Source: Eledone cirrhosa
Lineage: Eukaryota
Assembly: GCA_964016885.1 (NCBI GenBank)
Contig: OZ024742.1
Coordinates: 223,448,001 to 223,512,000, forward strand
Length of the DNA stretch: 64,000 nucleotides
Reading direction: 5' to 3'
The notes under the pieces: generated by a model
Database searches by the model: none
The model's input: the letters and a program-made list of their open reading frames with translations, nothing else
What the model was told of the DNA's origin: nothing
Part shown: piece by piece, positions 49,851-61,189 of the stretch
How the letters are laid out: each line of letters starts with the position of its first letter
Numbering within the stretch: position 1 is the first letter of the stretch
Made by a program: the position numbers and the translations under genes

Positions 49851-51149
49851 TTAGCATCACGAACAATAACAAAAACCTTCTTTATCAGTCTCTCTGATTT
49901 TCTTGAATGCCACATGTTGAAAAATGTAGTTTGCCAATAATTTACTGTATTTTGGTAGTATATCCTATTTGGCTAGGCGGAGAAGGTTGGATAGGATGCT
50001 TTACAGTATTCGTTTTGGCTCTCTGATCTCTAAGGTCAAATCCAAAGGCTAGCTTTGCCTTTCATCCATTCAAGGTTGATAAAAAAAGTACCTGTCAAAT
50101 ATTGGGGTTGATTCTTCCTGTATATCTCTTTCTCATTTCCATTCTCTCACTCACTATCCTTCTCTGGAAGAAATCTGCTGTATTCAGACCTGGAGAGGAG
50201 ATGAGCTCCGCTAAGTTTTTTAAACCATGCATACATTCTATTTGGCTATGGATGCAGTGATCCTTTCCTTTGCCACAGCATCCTGGATGCCATGGACTGT
50301 ATGTGCTTTTAATAAATATGGTTTAAACCCTTAGAGCTGAAGCTGGTCAGTTTGATAGAGAAATCTTCTGTCAGTCAGAAAGGGAATAATTTCATGTCCT
50401 CCCACTGAAAAAGACATCTAACTTTTTTTATACCAATCTTGAAACCACCTCTGGTTTTAGGGTACAACGCTATATATTTCAAAGTGTTTATATTCATCTT
50501 AAAACCTTCCATCACACTTTTACGTAAAAACATTTGTTAAGTTCTGTTATAAATACCAGCTTAATAATTCTTTCTAATATTGGCATAAGACCAGCAATTT
50601 AGGAGAAGAGAAAAAGTTGATTATATTGACCCTAGTACTTAACTGATACTTTATTTTATCAACCCGAGAAGGATGAAAGGCAAAATTGACCTCAAAGGGA
50701 TTTAAACACAGAACCTCAAAAGATGTAACTAAATACTGCAAAGCATTTTGTCAGATGCTCTACCAATATTTCCAATCCACTGCCAATCATATTGACCGAT
50801 CAAACCAAGGGTAAGGTATTGTTCTCAAAATAAATAATATTAATCTCATAGATTTTATATTATGTGAGGTAAGGCCTTTACTACGAAAATACAAAAGTAA
50901 ATATAGAGTAATGTAAATGCTATAAGGTTAATGAAGTTAGTTACATTAACTAAATCATTCCAAATTCTTGATAATTTTCAATACAATTTGAAAATTATAC
51001 AGTTTTTATATATATATATCATCTTCATCTTGATCTTTGCTCTTTAAATTCTGCTGCTGGTGATCAAACTTTGTGGAGAAAAATATCTCATGTTGATGCG
51101 TAGTCTGCAACTGGCAGAGTTTAGCAAAGAAGAGAGATTATCTTCATCA

Positions 51150-51800
51150 CCATCATTGTCCTTTATATGTCTGCTTTTCCATGCTTGCATCGATTTGACA
51201 GGTCCTTTTCAGCACAACATGCTGCTTCATCATCTCCTGAGAGTTTCAGCTATTTGAGATTAGCTTTCACCACCACCACCCAGGTCTCCCTTGGTCTTCT
51301 ACTGTGACTGCCTTCTACTGGGATTTCCTGGCACTTCTTAACTCAGCGATCCTTATCCATGCAGATTACATATCCATACCATCGCAGTCTCCTCTCGTGC
51401 ACACTACATCTGATTCCTCTTGTACTCTGTTTTTCTCTCAAGCTCTGCCATTTTCTCACATTAACATTGCACATCTATCAAAACATGCTTGCTTCATATC
51501 TCTCAAGCCTATGCATATCCTCTGCAATTACTGCCATGTTTCACTACCATGCAGCATTGCGCTTTGCACACAGGCATCATGCAGCCATCCTTTCATTCAA
51601 CAGAGTGAGTAGCTCTCTAAACTTCTTCCATTCAATTCTTATTCTAGCTACTGTACTCTCGAAGCACCCACCTCTACTGCTAATTAGATCACCTAAATAG
51701 CAGAAGCTATCAACCACTTCTGTAAATCCTTCATGTAATTGGAAAAGGTTTATATTACTAATGCTCTCACTGTTGATTACTCCAGTGCATCTATTGTATA
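51150..51800 (-). mobile_element. Degraded RTE 3' fragment
   Basis: Similar to 11860-12540. Confidence 0.85.
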
Positions 51801-51976
51801 TAATTCAAAAGTAAAAGATATATGTATATATTGAGAGAGATAAAAAGGACCATATATCATAGAAAATACACAATTTATTGTCATCATCATCACTTAACGT
51901 CTATTTTCCATGCTAACATGGATCAGATGGTCAGGTGACCATATCTTGCTCATATAGGACTGTTTCTGGCTAGATG

Positions 51977-52028
51977 AACCCTAACCCTAACCCTAACCCT
52001 AACCCTAACCCTAACCCTAACCCTAACC
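51977..52028. repeat. Interstitial telomeric repeat (AACCCT)8AACC
   Basis: Perfect TTAGGG-type array. Confidence 0.95.
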
Positions 52029-52462
52029 ACATTTATAGTGTGTGCTGGGTGCTTTTTGCCATATCTCCTACATGACAACTTTATAGTGTGTGCTAGGTGC
52101 TTTTTGTCGTGACACCTACACAACCACTTTACAGTGTAGGCTGGGTGCATTTTGTCGTGACACCTATATGACCACTTTACAGTGTAGGCTGGGTGCATTT
52201 TGTTGTGACACCTATATCACCACTTTACAGTGTAGGCTGGGTGCATTTTGTTGTGACACCTATATGACCACTTTACAGTGTAGGCTGGGTGCATTTTGTT
52301 GTGACACCTATATCACCACTTTACAGTGTAGGCTGGGTGCATTTTGTTGTGACACCTATATCACCACTTTACAGTGTAGGCTGGGTGCATTTTATTGTGA
52401 CACCTATATGACCACTTTACAATGTGGGCTGGATGTTTTTGTGATACCAACATAACTTTACA
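52025..52462. repeat. 48-bp tandem repeat derived from the RTE 3' UTR unit
   Basis: accacttt starts at 52123, 52171, 52219, 52267, 52315, 52363 and 52411, plus degenerate flanking units. Confidence 0.92.
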
Positions 52463-53384
52463 GAGTAAGGGTGGTGTGGGCATAAGTGGGAGAGTGGTGT
52501 AAGGGGTGTAGGTGTATGTGGAATGGGGGCTACAGTGGATTAAGAGGTGCCTACTGGGTATATGTTTGAGTCTGTGTGCAAGGAAAGGCGAGTCTTCTGT
52601 ATTACTGCATAACACCAAAGATCTCGATCCTGTGTCATTGTCTTTGAGAGGTACAAGTTCACCATGTCAGCTTTTATCACTTCATATCAGGTCTTACTGG
52701 GTCTTTCTACTCCGTAGCTTCCATCAATTTTGATCGCCCTGCACCTTTTTATACAGCTGTCATCCTTCATATGCATCACATGACCATACCAACGCAATCC
52801 CCTCTCTAGTATACTGCATCTGATCCTTCTTATGCCTAATTTCTCATTTAGTTCACTTATGCTTTGCTGTTCGTGTATATTACTATTACACATCCATTTC
52901 TTTCCAATCTGCCCAGTTCCTCTGCACACAATGCCCAAATATTACTATCATGTAACATTGTTGTTTGTATACAAGCATCATATAATCTGCTTTTCACTTT
53001 TAGGGAGAAACCTTTTGCAACTAACAGCAGTATAAGCTCTCTGAACTTTTTCCATCCTGTTCTTACTCTGGCTATTGTACTTTCAGAACACCCTCCTTTA
53101 CTGCTGCTTTTATCACCCAGGTAACGGAAAGCGTCAACTATTTCTATAGAACCCTCTGGGTAATTGAAGGAGCTAGTATCCTGCGGGCACTTACTGAGCA
53201 TTGGCCACTGCACCTGAGTATCAGCCACATATAAAACCTATGTTCTTTGATAGCTTGCCTGTGATCCCACTACATCTTTTATGTACCCATAGCTTGTATT
53301 TGGGACATAGAATGGAATTTCTACCTTCTCCTTTCCTACACACTGAGCAAGGCCATTTCCCAGAGGGAATCTGTGCTCTATATA

Positions 53385-53841
53385 TGTAACGAAGGGTATT
53401 AGTATTTATCGTTGGATGATGAAATAACAAGAATAGCTGGTTTACTTTATATATAAAAAGGTTTACTTCACTTCATAAATTAACAAAGAACAGGTTATTA
53501 AGAGTTATAAACGGTTGAAGGTGTTTTTGGTGTTGCTTCATAATGCTGGCGTAGTCTGTAGTCTGAGACCAGGAGAGAGAGTAATGGTCTGTGGTTGTTT
53601 GTAGACCCCAGTGACCTGTAGGTAGCAGTGAATGTTTTACATAGCTATTCTCTAGCGTACTGATCCGATCTCTATGTGTGTTAGACGTGGGATGATACAG
53701 GCTCTTTATACCTGTCGTTATCTGTTTCCCACCTCGAGGGATCGCCCATGCATGGACTTGTTTACGCTGAAAAGGATGGTGACCTAGAATTTGATCATTA
53801 GGTGTCACCCAGGGATCAAGGCGTGGACAGATTTCGCTACA
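53385..53841 (-). mobile_element. Probable solo LTR, 457 bp
   Basis: TG...CA ends with imperfect inverted termini tgtaacgaa/ttcgctaca, tata on both flanks, minus-strand TATAAA near 53705. Confidence 0.6.
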
Positions 53842-53922
53842 TATATACAAAGCACATATTTCACAGATGAATATGTACTCTAGATGGAATCAGTATATAT
53901 ATATACACACACTCACATACAT

Positions 53923-53957
<35 letters not shown>

Positions 53958-53960
<3 letters not shown>

Positions 53961-54360
53961 TAGTATTGGTGCTCTGAAATAGCAGTGTATATATGAATGT
54001 ATGTATAGTATATTTAATAATACACTGTATGTTTAATTAAAAACATTTTAAAGACCATTCGCTATGAATTTTAAAGTAGTGACTATATCACTTATTTATT
54101 CCCAGCAAAAACAAAGGGGAGTAATCGACAGTCCTGTTTCTCACTCATTAGCAGTTATCAAGACTAATCACCCCTTCGCTTCTGCCGAATGTTATAGAGG
54201 GTGGATTCTTATAGAATTCCAGTAATGTTTAAGAGCTGATTAAACAGAGCGGTTGCGGTCCAGCAAAAATTAGGTATTAGTATTGGTGCCCTGAAATAGC
54301 GATGTATATATGAATGTATGTATAGTATATTTGATAATATACTGTATGTTTAATTAAAAT
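53958..54360 (-). mobile_element. 317-bp partial tandem unit with a decayed hammerhead-like motif (retrozyme-like)
   Basis: Direct repeat of about 85 bp at 53958 and 54275. Minus strand at 54123-54165: agtc-TTGATAA-...-GAAACAG-ga-CTGTC-gatt. TA-rich flanks. Confidence 0.45.
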
Positions 54361-54525
54361 ATATACATATAGACACCTTCGATCACCGTCTTTTAAAACA
54401 GGACCAACTGAACTTCTTATATACAAATGCACAACAGTTTTCCAAGAGATGGTGACTTGAAAGAATTTTTTTTTGTTACTGCCCACTCTCCTCTATCTTT
54501 CTATTTCTTCTTTAATTTCTCATTC

Positions 54526-54565
54526 TATTTTCTGATGAAGGGCTAGCATCTGAAATATTAAGACT
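54526..54565 (+). ncRNA. Decayed minimal hammerhead-like motif
   Basis: tttt-CTGATGA-agggctagcatct-GAAA-tatta-aga. Stems are weak. Confidence 0.35.
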
Positions 54566-55284
54566 CTTTTCCTACTATATCAAGCATAAAACTAATATAC
54601 CTTCTTCATTGTACTGTGTCGTTTGCTTTGTTACCTGTCTGTATTTTTCGTTGTTGCAGTATTAAGGTGGCAACAAGCCTGTGGTCGTATTTTTCGTTGT
54701 GTCACTATTACCTAACTTATTGTGTTTACTCTGAGGAGTAATTTATTGATTACTCTTTCATTGAGTGCTTTGTAACAGCCTTCGAAAATTGGATACAAAT
54801 TTGCTACTCGCAACTGCAACATCGGTTATACTCATTATTATCATATATATATAGTCCACAAAAAAAATAGTATATCCTCTAAAGTGGTTGGCATTAGGAA
54901 GGACATCCAACTGTAGAAACTATGCCAAATATAGAACACAGTGAGCAAGATGAGGTTGCTCCAACCTGTCTGGCATCAACTGCAACAACCCATCCAACCC
55001 ATGCCAGTATGGAAAGTGGACATAAAATGATAATGATGATGATGATGACATAGAAACTGTAACTACTGAATCCCTACTTTCAATTACTGTACAGGAACAG
55101 GGGCAAATAACTCCACCATTTAGGCTAATAGAACTAATAATTTATTTATGATATCAATACTTAGGAAGTATTGAACTAACCACTGTCTTTATCACACTTA
55201 TACAAGAAGAAAAGGATATTAATGATGACTCACAATATTGACTAACAATGGGTGTTGTTTAGAGAGTCTTATTATATATATATA

Positions 55285-56406
55285 CAGGGTGTGGACGATA
55301 TTTGTTCGCAATTTTCAACTGCTAATTTTATGCAAATTTTTTTACTTCCGTTGTCACTCTTGTCTTCATAAAAACAGTAACTATATTTCCATTATTTATT
55401 TTCAGAATAATTGATTATGAATAATTTTGAACCTCCAAATTTGTGGAAGAGACACAGAAGACTTTCTCAGCATCAGCAGGAGAATGGTGGAAAAGGTCAG
55501 AAAGGAATTGGAAGATTCAGGATTCGACTACAAAGCAGCATGAGAGAGGAAAACACATGATCGACAATCTGACGCCTTCAGAACGCCCAAGTTCGTCACT
55601 GAAGATCAGGATATCATCAACAATGAACCTAGCAAGTCGATGCGTGCCATTGCAAGGGAGAAAGGTGTGGATGAAAAGCTCATTAGGCTGGTGGTACATG
55701 AAGACATTCGCTATGTTTCATAAAAGATGAGGAAAGGACAATTTCTGTCAAAGGCAATGCAAGAAAAGTGACTGAAGCACGCAAAGAAGCTGGTCAACAA
55801 GTTGAAACAGCCACTCGAGCCAGACATACTGTGGTTTTTCACCGACGAGAAAAACTTCTGCCAAGACCAGAAGATCAACTCCCAGAACAACAGGTGGCTC
55901 ACTGTCTCATCCAAAGACGTGCCCAGAGTCATGCAGACAAAGTTTCCAGCGACAACATTGGTCTTAGGTGTCGTCAGCAGTCAAGCTGAACACCGATGGC
56001 TACATCCGCGTTCTGAGCGAGGTAGTAAAGCCCTGGATCGACCAGGTAGCAGCAGGTAGGCCGTACGTGTGGCAGCAACACTCAACGCCCTGCCATACCA
56101 GCCGAAAGACCTAAGCCTGGCTGTCAGAGAACTTCATCGACCACACTTCACCTGACATCTGGCCTCCCAGCTCGCCTGACTGCAACCCCCTCAACTTCTT
56201 AGAGTGCAGTGGAACGAGACACAAACAGATCTAGCTGCAATACGAAAGACGATCTGAAGGCCATGGCGGGTTTATTGTGTGAGATCGAAAGAACAAGTCA
56301 TGAAGACAAACTGACCCAAGTTTGGTAAATATATCTTAAAAAATAAAACTATTGTGTTATTTTTTCCTAGACAGTAATCTTGCGAACAAATATCGTCCGC
56401 ACCCTG
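55285..56406 (+). mobile_element. Tc1/mariner-superfamily transposon, DD37D (maT-like), non-functional
   Basis: 27-bp TIR CAGGGTGTGGACGATATTTGTTCGCAA with 1 mismatch, TA flanks. WFFTDEKNF, then WQQH-x37-N with WPPSSPDCNPL; 2nd and 3rd catalytic Asp mutated, stops present. Confidence 0.9.
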
Positions 56407-56430
56407 TATATATATATATATATATATATA

Positions 56431-56780
56431 ATGGAGGCACATGGGTTAGTGGTTAGAGCGTTGGCCTTGCAATCGAAGGGTTGTGAGTTCAATTCTCAGA
56501 CCAGGTGATGTGTTGTTTCCTTGAGCAAGACACTTTATTTCACATTGCTCCAGTTTACTCAGCTGTAGAAATGAGATGATAGGGACTGGGGTCCCTATCA
56601 TTCCACTGCAAAGTGGTCGTGGAGGTGCCACGGCAAAAAAGCACCCAGCACTCACTGTAAATGAGGTTGGTGTTAGGAAGGGCATCCAGCTGTAGGAATC
56701 AAGCCAGAATCAGTTCCCGTCCCACCCTTGCAAGCAGGGAAAAGCGGACATAAAATGATGATGATCATGATGATGATGAT
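56431..56780 (+). mobile_element. tRNA-headed SINE joined to an RTE-derived 3' tail
   Basis: A/B boxes (tagtggttagagc, gagttcaattc), ccttgagcaagacacttt domain, then RTE 3' UTR and (GAT)n. Confidence 0.7.
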
Positions 56781-57111
56781 ATATATATATATGTGTGTGT
56801 GTGTGTGGTGATAGGGTCACATCCATGTAACTGATAAGATGTATTCTTCATAGGATGAATGTCTGTGTTTACATTTGTGTTGATGTCTGCATCTATATCT
56901 ACGTCTTGTATCTCAGTGATTGTCCAGTGAATGATTGATAAAATAATTCCCAAACCTGAAAAAAATAAGTACTAGGGTTGATATGATTGACTAAATCAAG
57001 GCTGAGCACTGCTGCAGTCTAATGACTGAAACCAGTAAAAGAATGTGTTTTCTATGCTCAAGTTTGGATGTGCATACATAGATAGAGAGGGAGAGAGAGA
57101 GAAAGAGAATA

Positions 57112-57302
57112 ATTGTTTCTAATTTAGGCACAAGGCCAGAAATTTGAAGGGGGGGGGTGATTAAATCGACCCAGTGCATTACTGGTGCTTTATTTATTGA
57201 CCCTATAAGGATGAAAGGTAAAGCTAACTTCAGTGGGATTTGAACTCAGAACATAAAGCACTGTAACTCTATGCTCTACTGATACTGCCAATCCCCCACC
57301 CT
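57112..57302 (-). mobile_element. SINE (Meta-like) with TSD
   Basis: Family motifs; gagaataat on both flanks. Confidence 0.8.
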
Positions 57303-58883
57303 GAGAGAGAATAATGTGGAACTATACAGTGTGGTTAAGTTAATCAAAGTGGAGTAGTCCAGAATAAAAAAGTTGAAATATTAGTATGAAAGGGAGATAA
57401 TTCTTTCAACCAAGTTGAACTTAACACTAAAATGTTTCTTTTGATTTATGAACTATTTGATTTGTTTTTTTTATTAAATATTTTGGATATTTTCTAACTG
57501 TAATGGGCTGAAATGTAGTGATTAAGAGTTCTAACTGTTGTAACTAAATAAATTAAGATTATGAGAATGTTGGGGAGAAATGAAGCACGCATGGATAAGC
57601 TGAGAGAAAAACTGGAAAAACTGGGTGTAAGCGGAATCAGATTTAGTGTGCTGGTATGGATATGGCATGCATATAGATGATGATCGTTGAGTGAAAATGT
57701 CCCAGTAAATGAAGACCAGGGAAGATCTAAGCAGAGGTGGTGAGAGCTGATCTCATGTAAGGAGATGATGAAGGAATGCAACAAGGACCTGTCTAGCCAA
57801 TGCAAGTATGATTATGATGATAATGATGATGATGATGATGATGATTCTATTCAAAATTATTGGCACCTAACACCCTGTACCACATAAAACCTCATTAGTA
57901 AGATATTCTTGAAAGTACAGAATTGCACAATGAAATACATCACATTAATTTTTAAAAACTTTAGTCTAATACTAATTACATTAGTTTATTGCAAATTTTC
58001 ATAAAGATCTGTCCACTACTAAAGATACTATAAATATTTGAATTAATAGGCCTATTTTCTGTTAAATCAATACAGGTTGTTAAGAGTTAATATATATGAA
58101 AATAAATTCATTATAGAAATCTGAAACTGGATTTGAATTTAAAGAAATTTTATTGAAATGACCTTCTATTTATATATCAAGAATACATTAGTAAAGATCA
58201 TATATTATTGAACATGGAAATATTTTCATGCAGCCGCCTCTTCTCTCCCCATCAACCAATCCTCACACAAGCTACTGACATTGAAGCTGAAAATCAACTC
58301 TTGCCTGTCTGAGAGAGCTTACAAAGGGATTATGGATTATTTTTTTTTTTTTTTTATATTTTGATCTAGAACAGCAGGGTTTCTAAACCTTATTGTTCCA
58401 CGCCTCACCTAGATTTTACACAAAAAGAAAAAAACCCTTGCTCCATTATGATCAAACAAAGTTAGTATACAGCACAGTACTAGAATTTTTTTCAACATGC
58501 TGAAACATATGTGTATCTGTGTGTGCATGTGTGTATGTGCATATGTATACATTTATATGTATGGGTATATAAATATAAACGCACAAATACAGACATACTT
58601 ACAAAAATAAACACTCACAGACATACATTCGTACAAATACATATACATTCACATAAATACACACATACATTCACACAAACACACACACACATACATTAAC
58701 ACACACACACACTCACACACACATACAATCACACACAGCGTAGCAAATGGAAAGCCAGCTGCTGTTTTCTGTAGTTTGTCATCACCCCTCCCTTCTTCAG
58801 TCATCTTTAGTGCATGACATCATCACCCCTTCCTTCCTCAGTCATCTCTAGTGCATGACGTCATCACCTCTTCCTTATATACT

Positions 58884-61020
58884 ATAGTATATAGCATACT
58901 ATATACCATAGTATATAATATAGTATATAGTAACATAGTATATAGTAATATAGTATATAGTAACATAGTATATAGTAATATAGTATATAGTAATATAGTA
59001 TATAGTAACATAGTATATAGTAATATAGTATATAGTAACATAGTATATAGTAACATAGTATATAGTAACATAGTATATAGTAACATAGTATATAGTAACA
59101 TAGTATAATTTAACATAGTATATAGTAACATAGTCTATAGTAACATAGCATATAGTAACATAGTATATAGTAACATAGTATATAGTAATATAGTATATAG
59201 TAACATAGTATATAGTAATATAGTATATAGTAATATAGTATATAGTAATATAGTATATAGTAACATAGTATATAGTAACATAGTATATAGTAACATAGTA
59301 TATAGTAACATAGTATAATTTAACATAGTATATAGTAACATAGTCTATAGTAACATAGCATATAGTAACATAGTATATAGTAACATAGTATATAGTAATA
59401 TAGTATATAGTAACATAGTATATAGTAATATAGTATATAGTAATATAGTATATAGTAACATAGTATATAGTAACATAGTATATAGTAACATAGTATATAG
59501 TAACATAGTATATAGTAACATAGTATATAGTAACATAGTATATAGTAACATAGTATATAGTAACATAGTATATAGTAACATAGTATATAGTAACATAGTA
59601 TATTGTAACATAGTATATAGTAACATAGTATATAGTAACATAGTATATAGTAACATAGTCTATTGTAACATAGTATATCGTAACATAGTATATAGTAACA
59701 TAGTATATAGTAACATAGTATATAGTAACATAGTCTATTGTAACATAGTATATTGTAACATAGTATATAGTAATATAGTATATAGTAACATAGTATATAG
59801 TAACATAGTATATAGTAACATAGTCTATAGTAACATAGTATATAGTAACATAGTATATTGTAACATAGTATATTGTAACATAGTATATAGTAACATAGTA
59901 TATAGTAACATAGTCTATTGTAACATAGTATATAGTAACATAGTATATTGTAACATAGTATATTGTAACATAGTATATAGTAACATAGTATATAGTAACA
60001 TAGTATATAGTAACATAGTATATAGTAACATAGTCTATTGTAACATAGTATATTGTAACATAGTATATAGTAACATAGTCTATAGTAACATAGTATATAG
60101 TAATATAGTATATAGTAACATAGTATATAGTAACATAGTATATAGTAACATAGTCTATAGTAACATAGTATATAGTAACATAGTATATAGTAACATAGTA
60201 TATTGTAACATAGTATATAGTAACATAGTCTATAGTAACATAGTATAGAGTAATATAGTATATAGTAACATAGTATATAGTAATATAGTCTATAGTAACA
60301 TAGTATATAGTAACATAGTGTATAGTAACATAGTATATTGTAACATAGTATATAGTAACATAGTATATAGTAATATAGTATATAGTAACATAGTATATAG
60401 TAACATAGTCTATAGTAACATAGTATATTGTAACATAGTATATAGTAACATAGTATATTGTAACATAGTATATAGTAACATAGTATATAGTAACATAGTA
60501 TATAGTAACATAGTATATAGTAATATAGTATATAGTAACATAGTATATAGTAACATAGTCTATAGTAACATAGTATATTGTAACATAGTATATAGTAACA
60601 TAGTATATTGTAACATAGTATATAGTAACATAGTATATAGTAACATAGTATATAGTAATATAGTATATAGTAACATAGTATATAGTAATATAGTCTATTG
60701 TAACATAGTATATAGTAACATAGTATATAGTAACATAGTATATAGTAATATAGTATATAGTAACATAGTATATAGTAACATAGTCTATTGTAACATAGTA
60801 TATTGTAACATAGTATATAGTAACATAGTATATAGTAACATAGTATATTGTAACATAGTATATTGTAACATAGTATATTGTAACATAGTATATAGTAACA
60901 TAGTCTATAGTAACATAGTATATAGTAACATAGTATATAGTAACATAGTATATAGTATAGTAATATAGTATATAGTAACATAGTATATAGTAATATAGTA
61001 TATAGTAACATAGTATAGTA
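58884..61020. repeat. 15-bp satellite (TAGTATATAGTAACA)n, about 140 copies
   Basis: Directly visible. Few variant positions, and no indels across the regular core of the array. Confidence 0.98.
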
Positions 61021-61189
61021 TATATTCTCTATTCTGAAGTCCCACACCCCACCTTGGTCAAAAGGAAGAAGCAGCACCCAGGGGCTTTGCAGCCCCACGG
61101 AGAGGTGATGCCAATGCTGTTGGTGTTCTACATTAAATAGATTGATAAAGAAGTGGGGAGGGAGTCTCAGATGACTGGTATTCTGATCA

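Larger units (their letters stand above)
51880..53378 (-). mobile_element. Degraded RTE 3' fragment with expanded UTR repeat and telomeric tract
   Basis: KWPCSVCRKG..VHKRCSG, FRYLGD, RLYDACI; (CAT)n tail near 51882. Confidence 0.9.

Noticed and set aside
51950-52455. ORFs with VRVRVR and TTLQCRLGAF repeats
   Set aside because: Translation of the telomeric tract and the 48-bp repeat.
52025-52462. CRISPR-like periodicity
   Set aside because: No unique spacers, no cas genes, eukaryotic context; the unit derives from the RTE UTR.
58780-58875. CRE palindrome TGACGTCA (58856-58863) in a short tandem repeat
   Set aside because: A single 8-mer with no promoter context; expected by chance.
59320-61098. 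592-aa ORF called as a gene
   Set aside because: Almost entirely satellite-derived, with a non-ATG start; not accepted as a CDS.
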